Source: Deltaproteobacteria bacterium GWA2_45_12 (GTDB lineage: Bacteria > UBA10199). Taken from it: a stretch of 64,000 nt of DNA. The notes beneath the pieces are model-generated. The model had not been told where the DNA came from. It was given only the letters and a program-made list of their open reading frames with translations, and searched no databases. The stretch is from the NCBI GenBank assembly GCA_001797365.1, contig MGPH01000028.1, forward strand, positions 5,687 through 69,686, written 5' to 3'. This document shows positions 46,993 to 56,119 of the stretch, one piece after another. The translations under genes and the position numbers were made by a program. The stretch's first letter is position 1. Each line of letters opens with the position of its first letter.

Positions 46993-48851
46993 TGTGGGCC
47001 CATTTTAAATGGTGGCCGATTTTGTTTTTGGTGCCCGGGCTCGCCCTTTTTTTAAGAAGCACTTACCAGTGGAGAAAAAAACGTCTTCAAAGCTTGATAG
47101 ATGCTCCCTTATGGCCTGAAGTTTTGCCAGGATGGGAACATCATCGTCTTCTTCCCAAGGGAATTCTTTGGGTTCTTGCTTTTACTTTTGTTTTGGTCGC
47201 CCTTTTACGCCCACAATGGGGATATGAGCTTAAAGAGGTACACCGAAAAGGGGTGGATATTTTTGTTTTGGTGGATGTTTCAAATTCAATGTTGGTTGAA
47301 GACATCAAACCAAACAGACTGGAACGTGCCAAGCGCGAACTTAAGGACCTTCTTGATTATCTTCATGGGGATCGCATTGGGCTTATTCCTTTTGCTGGCA
47401 AGGCCTATGTTGCTTGCCCCCTGACCAGTGATCATGAAGTTTTTTCCTTGTTCACAGATGAGCTTGATACAGAGCTTATTCCCACTCAAGGGACTAATAT
47501 GGAAGAAGCCTTCCAAAAAGCTCTGGAGGGTTTTGGGTCCAGCCCTTCGGGTTCAAGAACCATTATTTTGATGACCGATGGCGAATCGACAAGTGGAGCT
47601 TGGAATCAGGTGGTGGAGCGAGTTCAAAAAGAAGAGGTGAAGGTTTTTGTCATGGGTTTTGGCACGGAGGCCGGCGGCCCCATTCCCGAATCGAGTGGGG
47701 GAGGTTTTAAGAAGGATGAAAATGGGGGACTCGTCATTTCCAGACTGGATGAGGATTTTCTTGAAAATTTGGCCAAACAAACAGGGGGAACCTATGTTCA
47801 ATCGACAACCGATGATCGTGACATCGACTTGATTTATAAACAGGGGATAAAAAAAGTAACAGAAGAACAAGAATTCAAATCCGATCAAAAGCGCATTCCC
47901 CTCGAGCGTTTTCAGATTCCCCTGGGTCTTGGGTTTATTTTATTTTTAATCATTTTTCTTTTGCCCGATGTTTCAAGAATGGGAAAAATGTTTTTGGCTG
48001 TTTTTATTCTGGGGTCCTTGTTTTCAACTTCAAGCCATGCCTTTGCCCCCTGGGAAGCCCAAAAGGGAAACCGGTATTATCTGCAAAACAAATACGACAA
48101 GGCGGAAGAAGAATATTTAAAGGCCCTTTCAACAAACCAATCCCCCCGGTTTTATTATAATTTGGGAAACAGCTATTATCGTGAGGGCAAGTTTTTAGAG
48201 GCCGAAGGGGCTTACCTTAAATCGCTTGATTCGCCGGATGCCTCCTTGCGTGAAAAGGCCCTCTATAATCTGGGAAACACGCATTATAGGCAGGAGCATT
48301 TGAAGGAGGCCCTCGATTTTTATGAAAAAGCCCTTAAAAGCAATCCGAAGAACACGCAAGCCAAACTTAACCATGATTTTGTAAAAAAATTGTTGGAAGA
48401 GCAGAAAAATCAGGAAAATAAAGAAGAGGAAAAAAACGACCAGGAACAAAAAGACAATAAGGATTCATCATCAAATAATCAGGAAGAAAAAGAAGACCAA
48501 AAAAAATCAGGTGATTCTTCACAACCGGAAAATAAAAACTCTTCGGAGAACCAGAAAAAAGAAGAAGCTGAGCAGAAAAAGGAGAATGAGACAAAGCAGA
48601 ATGAAGGTGAAGAAAAAAAGGATGAACAAAAGCAAAACATGGATCATAATCCCCCCTCACAAACAGAGGGAGGGCAGGGGGAACAAAATGATGGCGCCAT
48701 GGGCAAATCCGGAAGCGGTTCGCAAGGAGTGAGTCAAAAAGAAGCCCAGCGACGGCTTGATTCGTTGGAAGATACGCCAGGAAAATCATTGCGTGAAATG
48801 ATCCAAAAAGATTTGGGAAGGCATCCTCGCCAACCCGAAAAGGATTGGTAG
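46989..48851 (+). CDS. BatB/BatC-like fusion: VWA, TPR repeats and an E/K/Q/N-rich tail
   Basis: DVSNSM, MTDGE, two YNLGN TPRs, terminal EKDW. Confidence 0.88.
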   Translation: MMWAHFKWWPILFLVPGLALFLRSTYQWRKKRLQSLIDAPLWPEVLPGWEHHRLLPKGILWVLAFTFVLVALLRPQWGYELKEVHRKGVDIFVLVDVSNSMLVEDIKPNRLERAKRELKDLLDYLHGDRIGLIPFAGKAYVACPLTSDHEVFSLFTDELDTELIPTQGTNMEEAFQKALEGFGSSPSGSRTIILMTDGESTSGAWNQVVERVQKEEVKVFVMGFGTEAGGPIPESSGGGFKKDENGGLVISRLDEDFLENLAKQTGGTYVQSTTDDRDIDLIYKQGIKKVTEEQEFKSDQKRIPLERFQIPLGLGFILFLIIFLLPDVSRMGKMFLAVFILGSLFSTSSHAFAPWEAQKGNRYYLQNKYDKAEEEYLKALSTNQSPRFYYNLGNSYYREGKFLEAEGAYLKSLDSPDASLREKALYNLGNTHYRQEHLKEALDFYEKALKSNPKNTQAKLNHDFVKKLLEEQKNQENKEEEKNDQEQKDNKDSSSNNQEEKEDQKKSGDSSQPENKNSSENQKKEEAEQKKENETKQNEGEEKKDEQKQNMDHNPPSQTEGGQGEQNDGAMGKSGSGSQGVSQKEAQRRLDSLEDTPGKSLREMIQKDLGRHPRQPEKDW

Positions 48852-48859
48852 TTTTTGTT

Positions 48860-50674
48860 ATGAAAAAATATTTTTTATTTTTTATTTTTATTTCCCAGAT
48901 ATTTTTTCATGCGCCTGAAAGCCGGGCTGATGTTTCTGTTCAAGCTGCGATCGATCCATCCCGGGCGAGCCTTGAAGATGAGCTCACTCTTACCGTGACG
49001 GTTTCAGGGAGTATGCAGGCCACTGAACCCAGCCTTCCTTCCATGGCCGCTTTCAAGGTTATTCCATCGGGGACTTCCACCAGCTTTCAAATCATCAATG
49101 GGCAAGTGGGTAGCCAGAAAGCCTATAGTTACATCCTTATTCCCACACAGGAAGGTCATTTTAATATGGGAGGAGTTAGTGTCTTTCTTAACGGAAAAGA
49201 ATACACTTCCAATCCTCTTGAAGTGACCATTAGTAAATCCCCCCATGTTCCCTCTGGAAAACCCGCACAACAACCGGATCAAGTGCCTACTGATGAAGAT
49301 GCCCAAACCTATCTTGATCGCACACAAAGAAATATGGCTGATTTGAAGCCCTATTGGATCGAAGCTGGGCTCACCAATAAAAATCCCTTTGTCAATGAGC
49401 AGATCCTTTACACTTTCAAGTTTTATACTTTGGTAAATGTGGGGCAGGCCCAATTAAGTTTGCCCGAGTTCAAGGATTTTTGGTCGGAAGAGGTTGTCCC
49501 CGAAAAAAAATATTACACCACCCTCTCCGGGCAAAAATATGTTGTGAGCGAAAAAATAATCGCTCTTTTACCCTTGCGTTCAGGGGATCTTTCCATTCCT
49601 GAGACAAGTCTAAGGGTAGAGGTGCCTGACCAAAGGGCGGATTCATTTTTTAATGACCCTTTTTTCCGTATGGGCAGGCTCAATATGCGCCCCAAAAATT
49701 TGGTGGCTCCCGCCCTTGATCTTAAAATAAAACCATGGCCTGAACCCCAACCCCCTGATTTTTCAAATCTCGTAGGTGAATTCTCCTTAAAAACCTCCCT
49801 TTCATCCGAAAATATTTCAATGGATGATTCGGCGACCCTCACCCTTGAAGTGACGGGCAAGGGAAATATTAAGGACGCCAAGCTTGTTTTGCCCGAAACT
49901 CTGGATGATTTTAAAATATATGATGACAAACCAGCCCTGGATGTCACTCATGCCGAGGATGGCTTGCAGGGTAAAAAAGTATTCAAGGTAGCCCTTGTTC
50001 CCCAAAGAGAGGGAGTCTTTCAAATTCCTCCTTTTTCATTAAGTGTGCTCGATCCTAAAACAGGAAATTATGTCCCCTTAACCGGTTCTCCCTTCACTCT
50101 TCATGTCAAAGGAGGATCGGCCTCTTCTGTTTTGCCCATCCAGAGACCGGGTTCAGACCGGTCCATCCTTGTTTCCAATGAAGATTTAGCTCCCATTCAT
50201 GATGAATGGGGAAGAGCCAAGGCAAAAGAATTGAGTCGGCAATTTTTGCTGTTTTTATTTTTCATTCCCGCTTTTCTTGTTTTATTTGTTTATGTTTTTC
50301 AGAAAAGAAAAAAGTATCTGGAGGCCCATGAAAATGAATATAGGACAAGAAAAGCACTGGCGGTTTTTAAAAAATCAATGCGCAAGGCGGCTTCCTTAAG
50401 TGATCTTAGGGAAAGACAGGCTTGTCATCTGGAGGCTGTTCGCACTTATGTGCGCAATCGCATGGGGCTTGAACAAATAGGGTTGACACTTCAGGAAATG
50501 ATGCGTTTTCTGGAAACCAAAAGTATCAGGCAGGATAAAAAGGCAGAATTTGAAAAAATACTGCTTGGTTTTGAGAAAACTTGCTATGGCGGGCATGTTC
50601 CCCAAAAGACAGAATTGGATCAATGGGCCCCACGTTTAACCAAACTTATAGAACAGATTGACAAGAAACTATAA
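48860..50674 (+). CDS. BatD-like protein
   Basis: Signal peptide; STSFQIING; VGEFSL; VTGKGNI; C-terminal TM helix. Confidence 0.85.
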   Translation: MKKYFLFFIFISQIFFHAPESRADVSVQAAIDPSRASLEDELTLTVTVSGSMQATEPSLPSMAAFKVIPSGTSTSFQIINGQVGSQKAYSYILIPTQEGHFNMGGVSVFLNGKEYTSNPLEVTISKSPHVPSGKPAQQPDQVPTDEDAQTYLDRTQRNMADLKPYWIEAGLTNKNPFVNEQILYTFKFYTLVNVGQAQLSLPEFKDFWSEEVVPEKKYYTTLSGQKYVVSEKIIALLPLRSGDLSIPETSLRVEVPDQRADSFFNDPFFRMGRLNMRPKNLVAPALDLKIKPWPEPQPPDFSNLVGEFSLKTSLSSENISMDDSATLTLEVTGKGNIKDAKLVLPETLDDFKIYDDKPALDVTHAEDGLQGKKVFKVALVPQREGVFQIPPFSLSVLDPKTGNYVPLTGSPFTLHVKGGSASSVLPIQRPGSDRSILVSNEDLAPIHDEWGRAKAKELSRQFLLFLFFIPAFLVLFVYVFQKRKKYLEAHENEYRTRKALAVFKKSMRKAASLSDLRERQACHLEAVRTYVRNRMGLEQIGLTLQEMMRFLETKSIRQDKKAEFEKILLGFEKTCYGGHVPQKTELDQWAPRLTKLIEQIDKKL

Positions 50675-51439
50675 ATGAAACCCTATTATTTGATATTTTT
50701 ATTGATTCTTTTTTCAGGCTCCCTTTTTGCCGATACGCCCGATCCTCTGTTTATCCAAGCCAACAAGGCCTATATCTCCAAAAATTATGAGGAGGCTTTC
50801 CAGGCTTATGAAACTTTGATCAAGAAAGGGGAGGCGGGGGCCTTTGTCTACGGGAATGCAGCCAATTCGGCCTATTATCTTGACCGCATGGGTCTGGCCC
50901 TGCTTTATTCCAAAAAAGCCCTCATGCGTGCTCCCAGAGATGCCGATTTAAGGGCCAATCATTATTTCATTCTGCAGCATACACATGCGACAAACAATAC
51001 GTCTTTGAATATAGAATCCGTGATCGAAAAAACTTTTTTCTGGAGCAGTTACTTGACTGGTCATGAACTTTGGCTGGTCACTTTAAGTGCTTATTTTCTT
51101 CTGTGTTTGTTTGTTATTCTATTTTTGGTTTTTAGAAAGAACATCCTTAAAAAAGGATTTTTTTTCTCATTTATCTTGTTTCTCTTGTGCCTTTCTGGAT
51201 TATTGACGAATTTGCTTTTTTTATATAACCCCCAGGATCACTACATTGTAGAAAAACAAGTTCCTGTTTATCCCTCTTTTGTATCTTCTGAACCATCCGA
51301 TGTTTTAGCTGACGGGACCAAGGTAAGGGTGAAGGTTAAACATGGTATGGGAGAAGGGGACCAGTGGCTTTTTATTCATTATGGAAATGGTAAAAAGGGA
51401 TGGCTTAGATCCGTGCAGGCACTTCCGATAAATTTATGA
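50675..51439 (+). CDS. BatE-like TPR/membrane/SH3 protein
   Basis: FIQANKAY...YGNAANSAY...PRDADLRAN; two TM helices; C-terminal KGWL. Confidence 0.75.
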   Translation: MKPYYLIFLLILFSGSLFADTPDPLFIQANKAYISKNYEEAFQAYETLIKKGEAGAFVYGNAANSAYYLDRMGLALLYSKKALMRAPRDADLRANHYFILQHTHATNNTSLNIESVIEKTFFWSSYLTGHELWLVTLSAYFLLCLFVILFLVFRKNILKKGFFFSFILFLLCLSGLLTNLLFLYNPQDHYIVEKQVPVYPSFVSSEPSDVLADGTKVRVKVKHGMGEGDQWLFIHYGNGKKGWLRSVQALPINL

Positions 51440-52269
51440 GCAAACCCACCCAGTCCTATTTTAAATCACACGATCATCATCGCTTATACTATGAAACCTG
51501 GGGCCACGATAAACCCAGGGGGACGCTTATCTTTGTTCATGGCCTTAACGAACATTCAGGGCGATATGCCCATGTGGCCGATTATTTTCAGAAAAGAGAT
51601 TACAATGTCTATCTCTTTGATCACCGCGGACACGGAAAATCCGATGGTTTGCGCAGTTTTGCGGATGATTTTTCCCATTACCTCAAAGATGTGGATGAAT
51701 TTGTTCATTTGGTCTTTAAAACGGAACGGGATCACAAGGTTTTTCTTGTGGGTCACAGTATGGGAGGGCAGATCGTTTTAAATTACCTGGCCAAATATCG
51801 TTCACGTCTGTCCGGTTTTGTCACGTTTTCCCCCAATATACTTACTGTTCTCAAAATTCCTTTTCTTAAAAAGTGGATCGGATTGAAACTGGCTTGTTTC
51901 ATGCCCAAATTTTCGGTCGTCAACGAAATTGATTGCCGCTTCATTTCTCACGATCCCAAAGTGGTTGAAGCTTATGAAAATGACCCGCTTGTTTCAAAAA
52001 AAATAACCCTGGGCCTGGCCAAAGAGCTTTATGAAAACCAGAAGGATATCTTGAAGCTGGCCTATCGCATTCACATTCCGGCCCTCATGATGCATGGAAG
52101 CGGGGATCAAATCTGCCATGTGGATGGCAGCAAGAAATTTTTTAGAAGACTTGCTTCGGAAGATAAAACGCTCAAGATTTTTGAGGGCTTTTATCATGAA
52201 TTGTTTAATGAGCCCGAGAAAAATCAGGTGTTAAAATTCATGGAAGATTGGCTTGCCAAAAGAACTTAG
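51436..52269 (+). CDS. Alpha/beta hydrolase (lysophospholipase/monoacylglycerol lipase)
   Basis: HGLNEHSGRY, DHRGHGKS, GHSMGG, HELFNE. Confidence 0.9.
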   Translation: MSKPTQSYFKSHDHHRLYYETWGHDKPRGTLIFVHGLNEHSGRYAHVADYFQKRDYNVYLFDHRGHGKSDGLRSFADDFSHYLKDVDEFVHLVFKTERDHKVFLVGHSMGGQIVLNYLAKYRSRLSGFVTFSPNILTVLKIPFLKKWIGLKLACFMPKFSVVNEIDCRFISHDPKVVEAYENDPLVSKKITLGLAKELYENQKDILKLAYRIHIPALMMHGSGDQICHVDGSKKFFRRLASEDKTLKIFEGFYHELFNEPEKNQVLKFMEDWLAKRT

Positions 52270-52413
52270 TCCTTTGACAAATTGATATAGATCCAATCTT
52301 CAAAAGCGTCAAAAAAATATCAGAACGGCAGTTTTTTCATGTCCATTCTTTGGTCTTAAATAGACATCCCTCTGTAAGTTCTTCATTTCTCCCACATTTT
52401 ATTTTTCATTTTA

Positions 52414-52429
52414 TGGCAAATATTTTGCT
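52414..52429 (+). promoter_or_regulatory. Sigma-54 (-24/-12) promoter candidate
   Basis: TGGCAA-ATATT-TTGCT with exact GG-N10-GC spacing, about 50 nt upstream of the ATG. Confidence 0.65.
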
Positions 52430-52478
52430 TCACTGGGAAGCTGTGTCATGGGGGGGGAATCCTTTATAAGGGGGCATC

Positions 52479-54707
52479 ATGAAAAATTTTTTTTCTTTTT
52501 TCCAAAATAAATTTTGGGTTATTCCACTCATCATGATCATGGCCACGGCCAATTGCAGTAGCAGCAGTGATGGCAGTAGCAGCGGCTCCAGCGATGGTTT
52601 ATCAGTTGAAGCCAGCGTCTCGCAACCTTCGACCAATGTTTCTGCGCTCAAATTACCTTCGGGAGTGAGGGGCCTCATGATGCAGGCGGCCGTGACAGAA
52701 GCCTCTGCTGAAGGAATTGTAGTCCATGCCGAAGACACGGCGGGAACCGAGATAGGAACTCCTTGTACAACGGATTCCACTGGAACATGCGATGTCACAG
52801 GGCTCACCAGCGCCCAACTTGAGGCGGGCATCGTTTTAGTGGCGGAAGACGCCGAGGGCGTCCCCATCCATGCCTACCAGGAATATGAAGCCGCGGATGT
52901 CACCGCCGCTGAAGCCAGCGGTGACGCCCTAGCCGCCCCTGTCAATACCGAAACCGACGCGGCTTACGGGGTGCTTGAATATTTTTGCAACGATGATTTG
53001 GCCAATTGCACGGGCTCGGAGGATAGCTTGACGGTGAACCGCGATTGCATTGTGCAGGCCACATCCGCCCTCATGGGGGATGATGACCCTTCGACGGATG
53101 ATCTGGGTGGTTATGCCGAAGCTCTGTATGAAGCGCATGCCAATGCCATCGCCGGTGCTACGGCCGGTGCCAACCCGGCCGATCTCATGAGGGAGGCCTT
53201 GGGTGGGGATCCGACGGGATTCACAGGCACAGCCGGCACAACCGTGGGGGATGATGACATTCCCGTGGAGGATTCCATTGAGAACTTTGTGATCATGATG
53301 GATACAATCCGGGATAGTTTTTGCGCCGCAGCCGCAGGTGCGGAAACGACTTATGAAACGACCCACACAGAAGCCGGCACTGAGTTTGACCCTGCCGCCA
53401 TGGTGGGCATGTTCCGATATTTCACACCGGATGAAATCGGGGAATATGAAGTGGAGGATTTCCGTGGTTTTGCCGGGGCCCTTCCCGCGTTGGATGGGGG
53501 CTTTAGGATCTTTGATCACCCCGAAGCCAGGAGGACCGCAGTCAACATGTTTAGAAACGGCGGCTTTGCGGATCCCACCAAAGCCGGGGCAGCCCTTGGC
53601 TTTATGGGCGCCACCTTTCCACCGCCGGCAATCGCAGGGGATTGGGAAAACATCCCCTGGGGCGGCACCTTTGATTACGAGGCCAGCGCCCGGGCAGCCG
53701 CTCTGGGTTGGCTAGAGATGGGCGATGATGCAGCCACGTTTGACCCTTCCACCATCCGGGATAAGTTTAACACCACATTCTCGGATGCCGGCCATAGGCA
53801 GGCCATTCTTGTGGGCGGTTCTTCGGCCATCGGAGACTTTATCGGCGGCTTCGTCAACGACCCGAATAATTTCGTGCCGGCCAACCACTTGGGGGAAATC
53901 AAAGCCCCTCCGGGAGGAGCTTGCGAGGACGATGATGATTGCCTCCCCTGTGATAATTGCTCCAATGATGTGTGCACCTCCCTTTCAACCACCATGGGTT
54001 CCTCCTGCACCGATGATGATAATTGCGACAGTGTCACCACCTGCGTCGGGGGTTTTATTAGCTCCTTTGGTGGGCATTGCATGTGCACCGCGGGCGTCCC
54101 GACAGGCGCTCCCGTGGGTGGAGGCGCAGGGTTCTTCGGTGTTACGGATGGCTTTGGACCACCCGCTGACGGCGGAGAGGGTGCTCCTTGCGGCACGGAT
54201 TTGCCGGCCTGCAATGGCGGGCGGCAGTGCAGTGGGCAAGACCATGGCGTTTGCATCGGGGGCACCTTCAAAAAAGGACCCTTTGCCCCGTGCACAGCGG
54301 ATGCCGAATGTTTCTCCGATGATTGTAGCGACTCAGGCATTTGTACAGCCGATGGGGACATCGCTGGGACAAAAGCCGTGGGCCAAGGTTGCTCCGGGCC
54401 AGCGGAATGCTCCACTTTCTTTTGCCAAGCTGGCCTCTGTGCCATTCCTGATCATATCAATGATGATCATGCCCTAGGCACCAATGACAAAAAGGCTGAT
54501 GGCGAGAGCTGCATCACACCCTTTGAATGCGCTTCCTTCGTCTGCGCAGGTAGCCCTTTAACCTGTCAACCGGGTGGCGGCGGTCAGGGCCAACCTCCGG
54601 TGCCTCCTTCAAACTTGCCCACGGGAGCCTTCTGCATCGATGATGATGAATGCTTGTCGGGCAATTGTGGGTTTAACCCGAATACACATCAGAATAGTTG
54701 CGAATAA
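52479..54707 (+). CDS. Large acidic surface lipoprotein with about 7 C-terminal Cys-rich repeats
   Basis: Signal ending TANC followed by a Ser linker; G-x-x-C-x5-C-x4-C type repeats; GGGGG RBS. Confidence 0.75.
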   Translation: MKNFFSFFQNKFWVIPLIMIMATANCSSSSDGSSSGSSDGLSVEASVSQPSTNVSALKLPSGVRGLMMQAAVTEASAEGIVVHAEDTAGTEIGTPCTTDSTGTCDVTGLTSAQLEAGIVLVAEDAEGVPIHAYQEYEAADVTAAEASGDALAAPVNTETDAAYGVLEYFCNDDLANCTGSEDSLTVNRDCIVQATSALMGDDDPSTDDLGGYAEALYEAHANAIAGATAGANPADLMREALGGDPTGFTGTAGTTVGDDDIPVEDSIENFVIMMDTIRDSFCAAAAGAETTYETTHTEAGTEFDPAAMVGMFRYFTPDEIGEYEVEDFRGFAGALPALDGGFRIFDHPEARRTAVNMFRNGGFADPTKAGAALGFMGATFPPPAIAGDWENIPWGGTFDYEASARAAALGWLEMGDDAATFDPSTIRDKFNTTFSDAGHRQAILVGGSSAIGDFIGGFVNDPNNFVPANHLGEIKAPPGGACEDDDDCLPCDNCSNDVCTSLSTTMGSSCTDDDNCDSVTTCVGGFISSFGGHCMCTAGVPTGAPVGGGAGFFGVTDGFGPPADGGEGAPCGTDLPACNGGRQCSGQDHGVCIGGTFKKGPFAPCTADAECFSDDCSDSGICTADGDIAGTKAVGQGCSGPAECSTFFCQAGLCAIPDHINDDHALGTNDKKADGESCITPFECASFVCAGSPLTCQPGGGGQGQPPVPPSNLPTGAFCIDDDECLSGNCGFNPNTHQNSCE

Positions 54708-54716
54708 ATAGAATAA

Positions 54717-54754
54717 GTCCCCCTAACCCCCTCTTACAGCTAAGAGGGGGCGAC
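54717..54754. repeat. CCCCCTCTTA...TAAGAGGGGG hairpin, possible terminator
   Basis: ccccctctta-cagc-taagaggggg immediately after the stop codon. Confidence 0.7.
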
Positions 54755-54879
54755 GGGTTCATCTCTAACCCGCATTTCTCACCGTAACGATTTTTCTGAA
54801 AAACTGGTTTGAAAATCAGCGGTGATGACTCATATTCCCTCTCCAAACCACCGTAATATTAACCCTGAAAAAAACTCAG

Positions 54880-56118
54880 TCATTTCACCAATTCCAGTTC
54901 ACGGGCACTGGCCAAGGCGGCCAGGCGGCACAAAAAGCGGGACACGTTGACGACATGTTCCTTTTCCTGACAATCCAAAAAATACGATTCATGGGGTTCG
55001 TCGAGTTTGTGGAGGCAGAGGCATGAAAAACTCATACCGGGAGCGTTCAAGCTTTCAAATTCATTTTTGGATTCATGGACCCTGAAAAAACCACCCACAT
55101 CATGGGCCCCCACAGCATAAATGACGGGCTCCACCGGGAATCCACTGTATTTGTCAATGGTGGGGATCCCTTCCTGTAATAAATAATTGGAAGCCGTCAT
55201 CCCCCCTTTGGCAGACATGAGTTTGTTTTTCTTTTTTCGATTAAACAAAAGAATGTCTTCTCCTGAAAAAACGGCAGCCAATCCCATGCCATAAGTTCCC
55301 GTGTTGTTTTTAATGTAAACATAGGGAACTTCTTTTATTTGATATTGATTATATTTGTCACCGATCTTGCTGATAAGAGCATCTACCTGAGTGGCCAGCT
55401 TGTTTATCGAGTTGGCATCATTAAAATCAAGTGGGGCACTTACATCAAAGAAGGCATTGATCATCCATGGATCCAAGTTAAATTCCTTGCAAAAGGAGTC
55501 TGTGATTTCTTTTAGCAAAGAAAAGTGTCTGCTTTTTCTTCTTTGATGCCACCCTAAGGCGGGGTGGGGAATGATGGATTGGTCTAGCCCTTTGAGGATT
55601 TCCGGGATTCCTGTGGAGAAATCGTTGTTCGAAAGAATGAGATCGGGAACAAAATTTCCCGCCCGTACTAGATTCTTCTCACGAGACAATTTAAAGAGGG
55701 TCAGTTTTCCTTCATCCACTGAAACTTCAAGGGTGTTGTTTCCAATGTCGTTGCCTATGATGGCAAATTCAATTTCATGGATATCGCTAGAGAGAAGTTT
55801 TTTTAAGTGGAGAAGGTTTAAAAGATAAAACTTGTTTCGTGTGTGATCCTCGGCCAGTAAAACTATTTTTTTTACGTGGGGAAAATAATCTTCCAGATAA
55901 CACTTGAAGGCAAGGGCCGTCTGCCTGGAAAAGGCCGTGCATAAATTGTTGAACCCGGCCGGGAAGAGATTGGAGTCAACCACCCCTATTTTAAAACCGG
56001 AATGACGAATATCGCATGAAAGATAAATATTGGGCCTTAAGTTTTTCCATTGAGCTTCAAACCAGTTGGCCACATCCTTTTGTTTTATCCCCAGTATGTT
56101 TTGAATGATATCCAGCAT
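54880..56118 (-). CDS. gshA: Glutamate-cysteine ligase, GshA family of the betaproteobacterial type
   Basis: SCDIRHSGFKIGVVDSNLFPAGFNNL, EDHTRN, GWHQRRKSRHF, GTYGMG, GGFFRVH, LNAPG. Confidence 0.8.
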   Translation of the reverse strand: MLDIIQNILGIKQKDVANWFEAQWKNLRPNIYLSCDIRHSGFKIGVVDSNLFPAGFNNLCTAFSRQTALAFKCYLEDYFPHVKKIVLLAEDHTRNKFYLLNLLHLKKLLSSDIHEIEFAIIGNDIGNNTLEVSVDEGKLTLFKLSREKNLVRAGNFVPDLILSNNDFSTGIPEILKGLDQSIIPHPALGWHQRRKSRHFSLLKEITDSFCKEFNLDPWMINAFFDVSAPLDFNDANSINKLATQVDALISKIGDKYNQYQIKEVPYVYIKNNTGTYGMGLAAVFSGEDILLFNRKKKNKLMSAKGGMTASNYLLQEGIPTIDKYSGFPVEPVIYAVGAHDVGGFFRVHESKNEFESLNAPGMSFSCLCLHKLDEPHESYFLDCQEKEHVVNVSRFLCRLAALASARELELVK

Positions 56119-56119
56119 T

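Noticed and set aside
48395..48720. Purine-rich low-complexity tract
   Set aside because: It is the usual charged linker of BatB/BatC proteins, not a DNA repeat
52929..54477. Long alternative ORFs (196, 256 and 250 aa) within the Cys-rich gene
   Set aside because: Expected from local GC richness; no motifs or RBS
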